From assembly GCA_046759165.1 (NCBI GenBank), contig JBHIBS010000034.1, positions 1 through 14,882 of the forward strand: a stretch of 14,882 nucleotides of DNA. Reading direction: 5' to 3'. A program made the position numbers and the translations under genes. Of the stretch, positions 7,655-14,882 are shown one piece after another; the stretch's first letter is position 1; each line of letters starts with the position of its first letter. The notes below the pieces were generated by a model, which saw nothing but the letters and a program-made list of their open reading frames with translations, had not been told where the DNA came from and made no database searches. Source of the stretch: a bacterium (GTDB lineage Bacteria > UBA6262 > WVXT01).

Positions 7655-8112
7655 TTTTCTTCCAGAATTATTGGTGCAACCTTCTTTTCTACAAGACCAA
7701 GGGCACAAGCTATGCCGTAAAGAATAGCCTCTGGTCTGGGAGGACAGCCGGGTACAAAGAAGTTAACCGGAAGAACTTTATCAGCTCCACCGATAATATT
7801 GTATGTGTTGTACCATATTCCACCACCGCAGGCACAAGAACCAATGCCAATGACAATCTTTGGTTCTGGTACTGCCTCATACATTCTTTTTAAAGAAGGG
7901 CATACCTGACGGGTTACTGGACCAGATACAAGAAGACAATCAGCATGCCTTGGTGTTCCTACTAACTTTATCCCAAATCTCTCACAATCATAATATGGAG
8001 TAAGGACATTTATTATCTCAATATCACAGCCATTACAGGCACCAGTATTTGTATGATAAACCCAGATAGATTTTCTAAAACATTTTTTTAAGAATTTTAC
8101 AAATTTATTCAT
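7651..8112 (-). CDS. hycG: Group 4 [NiFe] hydrogenase small subunit (HycG/NuoB family)
   Basis: Motifs GACNGCDIE, ERFGIKLVGTPRHAD, GSCACGGG, VPGCPPRP. Confidence 0.95.
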   Translation of the reverse strand: MNKFVKFLKKCFRKSIWVYHTNTGACNGCDIEIINVLTPYYDCERFGIKLVGTPRHADCLLVSGPVTRQVCPSLKRMYEAVPEPKIVIGIGSCACGGGIWYNTYNIIGGADKVLPVNFFVPGCPPRPEAILYGIACALGLVEKKVAPIILEEK

Positions 8113-8123
8113 TTTTCTATCCC

Positions 8124-8211
8124 CACCCGTTGAAGATAGGTCGCCTCAAGCGACCTTAAATCATTTGTTGAATCTGTCTCTCATTCCTTATTTGAAATCT
8201 CTAACGGGATA
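8124..8211. mobile_element. Short MITE-like/palindromic element, copy 2, overlapping the 3' end of the hycF-like gene
   Basis: Left end CACCCGTTGAAGAT (8124-8137), right end ATCTCTAACGGGATA (8197-8211; reverse complement TATCCCGTTAGAGAT). Perfect internal hairpin AGGTCGC-CTCAA-GCGACCT (8138-8156). Confidence 0.6.
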
Positions 8212-8724
8212 CATCTTTGAGCTTTCGTATTTTCTACGGCAATTGGGACAGAGCTTCATATATTCTAAGGTTGAAGGTTCAAGCTTAATTTTATCAATCA
8301 CCTCAGCAATCAGTTTATCGATTACTCTCTTAGTGGTAAAGTATTGGCCACATTCGTCACATTTTACAAGATTAAGTTTTATAGTGATAATGAGATCCTC
8401 TTTTTTATCGGTAGCAAGCTCAAACTCTTGGGATAATTTTATTGCCTCTTCTGGACAGGTCTCCTGGCAACGGCCGCAATATGTACAACGAGAGAGATCA
8501 AATTCGATGATCCTCTTATCTTGGATATCATTAATGGCAATCAATCTTGCCGGGCAACCATTTACACACCCCCCACATCCATTGCACTTATCTAAATCTA
8601 TTTCTGGTTTTCCTCTGAATCCTTCTTTTGGTGGATGTGGCTTAAAAGGATAGGGAAGGGTAACCCTACCAGCCTTTAAACAAATCAAAGCCTCCCTTAT
8701 TTCACTGAGTAATGATCGAAACAT
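8188..8724 (-). CDS. hycF: 2x[4Fe-4S] ferredoxin-like subunit (HycF/NuoI family)
   Basis: VTLPYPF..FRGKP; CNGCGGCVNGCP and CTYCGRCQETCP; extra C-terminal CDEC...CPNC pair as in HycF. Confidence 0.92.
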   Translation of the reverse strand: MFRSLLSEIREALICLKAGRVTLPYPFKPHPPKEGFRGKPEIDLDKCNGCGGCVNGCPARLIAINDIQDKRIIEFDLSRCTYCGRCQETCPEEAIKLSQEFELATDKKEDLIITIKLNLVKCDECGQYFTTKRVIDKLIAEVIDKIKLEPSTLEYMKLCPNCRRKYESSKMYPVRDFK

Positions 8725-8727
8725 AAT

Positions 8728-10410
8728 TTATTCGCCTCTAAGCATCTTTTCTGTCTTTTCTTGACATAGTTTGATCAAATCCTGCCCGTTAAGAATTTTT
8801 TTATCTGTTTCTCTGTTTACAACTTGTACCCTTTCAGTGCAAGAAAAACAAGGGTCCAGGCTTCCCAGGGCAATTGGTACATCTGCTATCTGCTCATCTT
8901 TTATGATTGTGGAGAGAGTCTGGAGATTTGCATAGGTAGGTGCCCTCACCTTCCACCTGTAGGGACGATTTCCTGTACCGGTCAGAATATAATGGTGTGC
9001 TTCCCCCCTTGGTGCTTCCACTGATGAGACAGCTTCTCTACCTGCAGGGATCTCCTTTACATCAGCCATAATTTCTCCTTCTGGCATCTCTTTCAAAGCC
9101 TGTTTAATGATGTTTATTGACTCAAGTACTTCCTCTAACCTCACCATTGTTCTGGCCCAAGAATCACATTCCTCTTTTAACACTACATTGAACTGGAGTT
9201 TATCATAGGCGGCATAAGGATGGTCTTTTCTGGAATCTATTTTAACCCCTGAGCCACGGGCGGTTGGTCCCACTGAACAGAGCTTTTTTACCTCGTCCTT
9301 TTTTAAAATACCCACATTCTTTAGTCTCTTCATAAGAGAAGGGTCTCCCACAATTGCTTTTATAAGGGCATTTAATTCCTTCTTAATATTTTCTAACATC
9401 TCCAATATTTTGGGGTGCAAATCCTCAGGGATATCCCTTCTCACCCCACCAATCAGGTTCATGCCATATGTCTTGCGATTTCCGGTTATCTGCTCACAGA
9501 TCCACATCAATGGTTCACGGATCCGCCAGGATTGCATCAGGATTGTATCGAAACCAATTATATGACCGGCAATTCCCAGCCAGAGTAGATGGGATTGAAT
9601 TCTTTCAAGTTCAAGCATACTCGTTCTTATATATCTTGCTCTGGGAGGGATTTCGATCCGTGCTGCCTCTTCTACTGTCTGGCAATAACAACAGGAATGG
9701 ACAAAACCACAGATTCCACATATTCTCTCAGCCACAAAGCATATTTGATTATAGGTCAATACATTATCTCCTAATTTTTCAATTCCTCGATGATTATAGA
9801 AACCACGATAATCACAGCCAACAATTCTCTCTCCTTCAACAAATACCTTAATATAGGTAGGTTCTTCTAATACTGGATAAAATGGTCCGATGGGGATAAC
9901 CTTGGTACCCTCAGGTGGAGTTTTCAGTTTTGTTCTGCATTCAGGATGGGAGGGCGGTTTGTAATCGCAAGGAAAATCTTTGCGTAATGGATAAACCCCG
10001 TCAGGCCAATCATCGGCAAGAATTAGGCGGCGGGGATCAGGATGGTTTCTTGGTTGGACACCAATCACATCCCTGGCTTCTCTCTCTGCCCAGTTCGCTC
10101 CTGGGATTATCGGCGTAATAGAATCTATAATCGGTGAAGCTGGATCAATCTTTACACGAAGACACAGAAATATTCTCTCCTTATCAAGAGAGAATATGTA
10201 ACTGATAGCATAGTTTCCATTCAGCAGAATCTCATCAGTTCCCACATTAACCACAAAGCGAGCATGCAAATTTTTGAATAAATATTCTATTACAGAATTT
10301 AAAACTTCAGGTTTAATAGTAATAAATATTTTTCCTAAGGCTTTTTCTTCAGCACGAATAATATTGAATTTTGTTTTTAAATCATCAATTAGTTTTATTT
10401 TATCTAGCAT
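8728..10410 (-). CDS. hycE: Group 4 [NiFe] hydrogenase large subunit, NuoC-NuoD-type fusion (HycE-like)
   Basis: NuoC-like WAEREARDVIG..HPDPRRLIL; L1 motif ERICGICGFVH; L2 motif DPCFSCTER with all four Ni-binding Cys; 33-aa C-terminal extension after the Arg. Confidence 0.95.
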   Translation of the reverse strand: MLDKIKLIDDLKTKFNIIRAEEKALGKIFITIKPEVLNSVIEYLFKNLHARFVVNVGTDEILLNGNYAISYIFSLDKERIFLCLRVKIDPASPIIDSITPIIPGANWAEREARDVIGVQPRNHPDPRRLILADDWPDGVYPLRKDFPCDYKPPSHPECRTKLKTPPEGTKVIPIGPFYPVLEEPTYIKVFVEGERIVGCDYRGFYNHRGIEKLGDNVLTYNQICFVAERICGICGFVHSCCYCQTVEEAARIEIPPRARYIRTSMLELERIQSHLLWLGIAGHIIGFDTILMQSWRIREPLMWICEQITGNRKTYGMNLIGGVRRDIPEDLHPKILEMLENIKKELNALIKAIVGDPSLMKRLKNVGILKKDEVKKLCSVGPTARGSGVKIDSRKDHPYAAYDKLQFNVVLKEECDSWARTMVRLEEVLESINIIKQALKEMPEGEIMADVKEIPAGREAVSSVEAPRGEAHHYILTGTGNRPYRWKVRAPTYANLQTLSTIIKDEQIADVPIALGSLDPCFSCTERVQVVNRETDKKILNGQDLIKLCQEKTEKMLRGE

Positions 10411-10922
10411 TATTTGATTTCTCGGGTGGGAAGAGTTATTATGATATCCTTTTCCCCTCCTATTCCAGAAACTATACTCAGGGCCTTTTTCTCCCTTATT
10501 TTCTCCATAATTGCATCAAACTCCTCATAACTGGTTGCCTTTGCCGGGCAGGTAACTACGCAGGCCGGGTCCTTTCCCTCTTTCAGGCGGTGGATACACA
10601 GATCACATTTTTTCACTACTTTATCAATCTCATCAAGCTGAAGAATGCCAAAGGGACAGATAATTGCACATAATTTACAACCGATACATTTCATGGCATA
10701 AAGAACAATTGCACCTTCTTCGGTTTTCTCAATTGCTTTTGTAGGGCAGACCTCTAGACAGGGATTCTTCTCACAGTGCCGGCAGGATAAAGGGACTGAG
10801 TATCTATCTTCAAGTAAAGTGACAAACATATAGGATGTACCATGATGTTCACGCTCGCATGCAACCTCGCAAGACCTACAATAAAGACAACGATTCAAAT
10901 CAATGTATAGAATTTTAGCCAT
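10410..10922 (-). CDS. hycB: 4x[4Fe-4S] electron-transfer subunit (HycB/HydN/DmsB family)
   Basis: CLYCRSCEVAC, CRHCEKNPCLEVCP, CIGCKLCAIICP, KCDLC..PACVVTCP. Its stop overlaps the large-subunit ATG by 1 nt (TAATG). Confidence 0.92.
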   Translation of the reverse strand: MAKILYIDLNRCLYCRSCEVACEREHHGTSYMFVTLLEDRYSVPLSCRHCEKNPCLEVCPTKAIEKTEEGAIVLYAMKCIGCKLCAIICPFGILQLDEIDKVVKKCDLCIHRLKEGKDPACVVTCPAKATSYEEFDAIMEKIREKKALSIVSGIGGEKDIIITLPTREIK

Positions 10923-12959
10923 TTATATCTCTATCCTACAGGCACAGACCTTATATTCAGGAATCTTAGCTTGAGGATCAAGCACATCAATAGTTAAAAC
11001 ATTGGTTTGGTGGAAATGGAATGGCATAAAAATAACGCCCTGAGCAACCTTTTTTGTGATTATAGCCCTGGCTTTTACTTCTCCACGTCTTGTTGAAACT
11101 TTTACTAAGTCATTTTTTTTAATTCCTAATTTTTCAGCATCATCTGGATTGATTTCCACAAACAGTTCCGGTGTTCTTTTAAAGAGTGATGGTGAGCGTC
11201 GGGTCATAGCTCCCGAATTAAGATGCATAACTACCCGACCTGTGGTCAGGATAAAAGGAAAATCTTTGCTTGGCATCTCTTGTGGTTCTCTATGCTCAAC
11301 TGGGATTATTCTCCCCAGGCCATTTGCTGTCTTAAACTTATCTTTATGTAGTATAGGTGTGCCAGCATGCTCCTTGTCCGGGCAGGGCCAGGGAATTCCT
11401 CCCATAGAAGCCTTGACTCTTTCTGGGACTATCCCTCGGTAAAAAGGAACAACTTGATTTATCTCTTTTAGGATATCCTCTGGATTTTTGAAATCAAAGT
11501 ATCTCTCCAATCCCATTTCTTTTGCTACTGAACAGATAATCTCCCAATCTGGTTTTGCTTCACTTAAAGGTGGGATTGCTTTAGTTTGCCACTGTACCCT
11601 ACGGTCAGTAGCAGTAATGGAACCCTCTCGCTCTGTCCAGGAACAGGCCGGAAGAATAAGGTGAGCTAGTTCGGCAGTTTCGGTTAAAAAGATATCTTGA
11701 ACAATTAGAAAATCGAGTTTTTCTAATCCTTCTCTTACATGATTTATATTGGGATCAGTTACCATCGGGTTCTCACCCATGATATACATTGCCTTGATTT
11801 TACCCTGATAAACTGCCTCAGTCATTTCCACCACAGTTAACCCAGCTTTTCCTGGAAGGCCATCCAGTCCCCAGTATTTAGCAATTCTTTTTCTGCCGAT
11901 TTCATCTTTTATTGGTATATAACCTGGAAATAAAGTGGCTAAAGCACCAACGTCGCAGGCTCCCTGCACATTGTTCTGACCCCTTAATGGATTTACTCCA
12001 GTTCCTGGTTCACCTATATTTCCTGTAATCAGGGCAAGGTTGGCAAGACTTATAACATTGTCAGTGCCGGTTGTATGCTGAGTAATACCCATACAATAGA
12101 TAATTGCTGAACGTTTAGCTTTACCATAAATCTTGGCTGCTTTCAGAATCAAATCTTTAGAAACGCCAGTTATTTTCTCAACCCTTTCAAGACCATAATT
12201 TTTTACAGCTTTCTTCAATTCCTTAAACCCTTCAGTTCGTTTTTGAATGAAATCTCTGTCTTCCAATTTTTCTTTAATTATTGTATTCATCATACCATTG
12301 ATTAAAGCGATATCAGTTCCTGGGCGCAAGCGCAAATAAATATCAGCTATCCAGGCAGTGGGAGTATAGCGTGGATCGGCTAGAATTATTTTTGCTCCCC
12401 TATCCTTGGCTTCCAACACCCATTTGGAAACTACTGGATGGTTCTCTGCGAAGTTTGAACCAACAATAAATATGCAGTCTGCCTGTTTAATATCTGGAAT
12501 GGAATTAGTCATTGCACCACTACCAAAGGTTTTTACCAAACCGGCTACTGTTGGTGCATGACATAGACGGGCACAATGATCAATATTGTTTGTTCCCAGA
12601 ATTCTCGCTAATTTCTGCAAAAGATAATTCTCCTCATTGGTGCATTTTGCTGAGGCAAGGAAACCCAGGCTATCTGAAGAATGTGCCTCTTTTGTTTGAA
12701 GGAGCTTGTTAGCAGCAAGTTTACAAGCTTCGTTCCAATTAATTCTTTTCCAATTTCCGCCTTCTTTCTTTAAAGGATAACGCAGTCTATCTTTATGAAA
12801 GACTACTTGGAGGGCAGCATTTCCCTTGGGACATAAAGCGCCCAGGTTAACCGGATGTTCCAGCATATACTCAATATTCGTCAGTTTTTCTTCTTCGACT
12901 ATAAGATATAGCCCGCACCCAACACCGCAGTATGGACATAAACTTGGAACAAGTTTCAT
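10923..12959 (-). CDS. fdhF: Cytoplasmic Mo/W formate dehydrogenase alpha subunit, Cys-type (FdhF-like)
   Basis: CPYCGVGC..C-PKG [4Fe-4S] motif; active-site DHCARLCHAPT with a TGT codon (no Sec); PLRGQNNVQGACD; C-terminal molybdopterin-dinucleotide domain LTTGR..PEYK; no Tat signal. Confidence 0.95.
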   Translation of the reverse strand: MKLVPSLCPYCGVGCGLYLIVEEEKLTNIEYMLEHPVNLGALCPKGNAALQVVFHKDRLRYPLKKEGGNWKRINWNEACKLAANKLLQTKEAHSSDSLGFLASAKCTNEENYLLQKLARILGTNNIDHCARLCHAPTVAGLVKTFGSGAMTNSIPDIKQADCIFIVGSNFAENHPVVSKWVLEAKDRGAKIILADPRYTPTAWIADIYLRLRPGTDIALINGMMNTIIKEKLEDRDFIQKRTEGFKELKKAVKNYGLERVEKITGVSKDLILKAAKIYGKAKRSAIIYCMGITQHTTGTDNVISLANLALITGNIGEPGTGVNPLRGQNNVQGACDVGALATLFPGYIPIKDEIGRKRIAKYWGLDGLPGKAGLTVVEMTEAVYQGKIKAMYIMGENPMVTDPNINHVREGLEKLDFLIVQDIFLTETAELAHLILPACSWTEREGSITATDRRVQWQTKAIPPLSEAKPDWEIICSVAKEMGLERYFDFKNPEDILKEINQVVPFYRGIVPERVKASMGGIPWPCPDKEHAGTPILHKDKFKTANGLGRIIPVEHREPQEMPSKDFPFILTTGRVVMHLNSGAMTRRSPSLFKRTPELFVEINPDDAEKLGIKKNDLVKVSTRRGEVKARAIITKKVAQGVIFMPFHFHQTNVLTIDVLDPQAKIPEYKVCACRIEI

Positions 12960-13019
12960 TTTTCCCGTTTTAATAAGGCGCCCTAATTTGTATTAGAATA
13001 TCTGGAAAACTCATCACAC

Positions 13020-13478
13020 TCAAACCGCTTTCAAATTGCAGGAATTTATCCCAAAAAATATTTCTCTCTTTTTCTGCTCTGCCCTGGTTTTATCATCTCT
13101 TCTTCCGGGTTCCCCCATTATTTTCATCAGCGTTAATCCTGGAATATTGGGTAAATTCTTAGTATGTCAAATCTTTTCAAATTTTTTTCTTCTTGACCAC
13201 CATTTAGCCCCGTAAGGAAAATTTCCTCTCTCATCAGACTGAAAGTCCTTCCGCGAAGGTGTAAGTTTTCTAACGGGGTTTGCTTTAATCAAAGGCGCCT
13301 TGAGCCTGTCGGGCTTATTGATAAACTCGTAGGCATTCCATCCCTTTACGCACAGAGCACCCTTTGAAACAGGATGATTTCCACTGGGATAGGAGCCACG
13401 AACTACTGCATTCTCAGATTCAAGATACAACCCACAACCACAGCCACAATATATGCATGTTGTCAAGACTCTGGCCAT
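13020..13478 (-). pseudogene. Decayed second formate dehydrogenase alpha paralogue
   Basis: SD AAGGAAGG. The first 65 aa are an intact Fe4S4 domain (TCIYCGCGC..NHPVSKGALCVKG..DRLKAPLIK). MITE-derived codons follow, then RRKKFEKI*HTKNLPNIPGLTLMKIMGEP, which aligns to GRKRIAKYWGLDGLPGKAGLTVVEM..IMGENP of the intact FdhF, with TGA at the Trp position. Confidence 0.85.
13205..13281. mobile_element. Short MITE-like/palindromic element, copy 3, inside the fdh pseudogene
   Basis: Left end TAGCCCCGTAAGGAAA (13205-13220), right end TTTTCTAACGGGGTTT (13266-13281; reverse complement AAACCCCGTTAGAAAA). Internal hairpins GACT-GAA-AGTC and CCTTC-CGC-GAAGG. Confidence 0.62.
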
Positions 13479-13524
13479 ATAAATTCCTTCCTTTAGCCTA
13501 ACGGATTGGACTCATCATGTGAAC

Positions 13525-13553
13525 AGTTTTTGGATTCCTAATATATTTGTCAA
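13525..13553 (-). promoter_or_regulatory. Candidate sigma70 promoter of the fdh-hydrogenase operon
   Basis: Perfect TTGACA (13553-13548), 17-nt spacer, weak -10 AAAACT (13530-13525), about 46 nt upstream of ATG 13478. Confidence 0.35.
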
Positions 13554-13812
13554 TTATTGTTTCTAATTCTAAAATGGTTTGAGAATTATTATATAAAAAA
13601 AATTATGTAAAAGAAACAAAATATTTCGGCAAGTAGCACAGCCGAAGATGGGTCAGAGACCAAACATAGATCATTTTTCTTGCAGCCGTTGACAGTATTT
13701 GGTAAAATTAATTCAACTTTAGGCAGGCGGTCTCTCAACTGTTGAAAATAATTCTATGCAAATAAGAATAACCTTTGTGGAAGGGGTGACAGAGAGCGAA
13801 GCGAACGCAATC

Positions 13813-13838
13813 AGGGGAAACCTATTGAGGTTTCCCCT
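13813..13838. repeat. Perfect 11-bp inverted repeat (REP-like hairpin) upstream of the aldolase gene
   Basis: AGGGGAAACCT-ATTG-AGGTTTCCCCT, preceded by GGAAGGGGTG and GAGCGAAGCGA. Confidence 0.65.
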
Positions 13839-13873
13839 ATTGAGCACAGGCTGATTCACATAAGGAGGAAGAA

Positions 13874-14882
13874 ATGGGTATCTGGGCAAAATTTCCTGAT
13901 GGGATTGAAGTTGATGAGTCTATCTTTAGAGTTTTAGCTAATTATGCTCCTTCTGGCAACTTAGACGTTTTTGCTTCCGATCAACATAACTCGTATCTCA
14001 AATTGACTTCATCCTATTTGAAGCACATCGGTGAAAGCAGGAAAGCTACTGATGAAGACGTAAGAGAAGTATGCCGGAGATTTGCAAGGTCCCTGGGTGG
14101 GATTTCGACAGCTGCTCTCTTCAATCAGTTAGCCTTCAGGAGTCCTGGCTTCAGGGAGTTATTGGGGAAGAATGTTCTCCTTATAGGGAGACTTGAGGAC
14201 ACCAACACCGTGCCAGTTGATGGCGGTAGGGGTCAGCTTGCCCAGTTAGCTATAGAGCCAGAGGAATGTAAGGATGAGGTAGATGGTTTTAAAACCTTAG
14301 TAAAGCTCAATCCGCACCATTCAGAGAGTTGGAAGCGGAACTTAGAGTGGCTACAGGAAATCTTTGAAAGATGCCGGAAGCTCGGTAAGCCACTCTTCAA
14401 TGAAACACTAATATTTCAATTGCCAGATGAATCCAAGGCTGATATGGCCAGAAGGCTGCCCGATGGCTTGGTGAAGATGGCGGAAGATTTCGGGCCCTAC
14501 GGACATTTTTATAAGACTCAGGTTCCGGTTCTCTGGACCGAGGAGGGTGGTAAGATTACCAAAATAAGCGACCCAAAAGTTATAAGAGATACAGCCGAAG
14601 CCATGGCTAAGATTGTCCCCAGACCAATGCTACTCCTTAGTGCTGCTGTCGATTTCGAGCAATATGCTTCCCAGTACGGGATAGTAGCAGACCTCTTTGC
14701 AGGACCGATGTGTGGCCGGGCATACTTCAAAGAATCGTTTACCGCCGCCGATACAATAGATTGGGACAGTTTAGAATCGACCTTTAGACGGATCGCTCTT
14801 CCTCGTATCAAACAGATTAAGAAATTAGCCCAGGTGATGAGTAGGCTGTGGTGGCACAAATTTTCCTGGATGTCTGAGGAAG
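13874..14882 (+). CDS. Divergent class I aldolase of the LacD (tagatose-1,6-bisphosphate) / YihT family; 3'-truncated by the window edge
   Basis: SD AAGGAGG (13862-13868), then an open frame of 336 codons to the window end (MGIWAKFPDG...). Motif equivalents in the expected order: ASDQH (A.DQR), FKTLVKLNP, PLFNE (PFFLE), FYKTQVP (Schiff-base Lys), PMLLLSAAV (LSAGV), MCGRAYF (CGRA.W). Confidence 0.8.
   Translation, partial: MGIWAKFPDGIEVDESIFRVLANYAPSGNLDVFASDQHNSYLKLTSSYLKHIGESRKATDEDVREVCRRFARSLGGISTAALFNQLAFRSPGFRELLGKNVLLIGRLEDTNTVPVDGGRGQLAQLAIEPEECKDEVDGFKTLVKLNPHHSESWKRNLEWLQEIFERCRKLGKPLFNETLIFQLPDESKADMARRLPDGLVKMAEDFGPYGHFYKTQVPVLWTEEGGKITKISDPKVIRDTAEAMAKIVPRPMLLLSAAVDFEQYASQYGIVADLFAGPMCGRAYFKESFTAADTIDWDSLESTFRRIALPRIKQIKKLAQVMSRLWWHKFSWMSEE

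Noticed and set aside
6718-7708. Longer ORF-track starts at 7708 and 6738
   Set aside because: They overlap the upstream genes; ATG 7654 and ATG 6717 give translational coupling and family-typical N-termini.
13167-13169. In-frame TGA in the fdh fragment as selenocysteine or an alternative genetic code
   Set aside because: It aligns with a Trp, not the catalytic Cys. TGA acts as a normal stop in several ATGA overlaps here and Trp is encoded by TGG, so a nonsense mutation is the simpler reading.
13516-13533. Rex-like operator (TGTGAA) upstream of the operon
   Set aside because: Only one half-site matches TTGTGAA-N4-TTCACAA.
13689-13708. Plus-strand TTGACA..TAAAAT promoter for the aldolase
   Set aside because: The spacer is only 8 nt; an extended -10 alone (TGGTAAAAT) is too weak to call.
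594-14859. Antisense or nested ORFs (594-962, 1509-1748, 2208-2393, 2531-2752, 5070-5291, 6224-6415, 6834-7055, 8165-8653, 8824-9024, 9468-9851, 9589-9774, 9915-10118, 10371-10673, 11056-11442, 12512-12712, 14518-14859)
   Set aside because: They shadow well-supported genes and have no recognisable motifs.
1-14882. CRISPR array, tRNA, rRNA or riboswitch
   Set aside because: No regularly spaced repeats or recognisable RNA-gene motifs were seen by eye; an Infernal/Rfam scan would be needed to exclude them formally.

Overview
AT-rich genomic window, probably from an anaerobic bacterium (inference from gene content). Left to right it holds four blocks. (1) An APC-family amino-acid permease fused to a PTS EIIA domain (+). 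(2) A three-gene ECF module (-): sigma factor, DUF5667-type anti-sigma and a small exported His/Cys-tailed protein, with two matching GTAAC-N16-CGTC promoters, one apparently leaderless. (3) A 59-aa coiled-coil ORF missed by the ORF track, then a tightly coupled minus-strand formate hydrogenlyase-like operon: Cys-type FdhF, HycB-like, HycE-like group 4 [NiFe] large subunit, HycF-, HycG-, HycD- and a single HycC/HyfB-like subunit. Decayed genes flank this operon on both sides: a second FDH alpha pseudogene upstream and remnants of a sulfhydrogenase/Asr-type flavoprotein module downstream. (4) A divergent LacD/YihT-like class I aldolase (+) that runs off the window end and is absent from the ORF track. 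Three short MITE-like elements sharing CGTT(A/G)GA-type terminal inverted repeats occur at about 1970, 8124 and 13205; two of them contribute codons to ORFs. All calls come from reading motifs by eye; no database searches were run.
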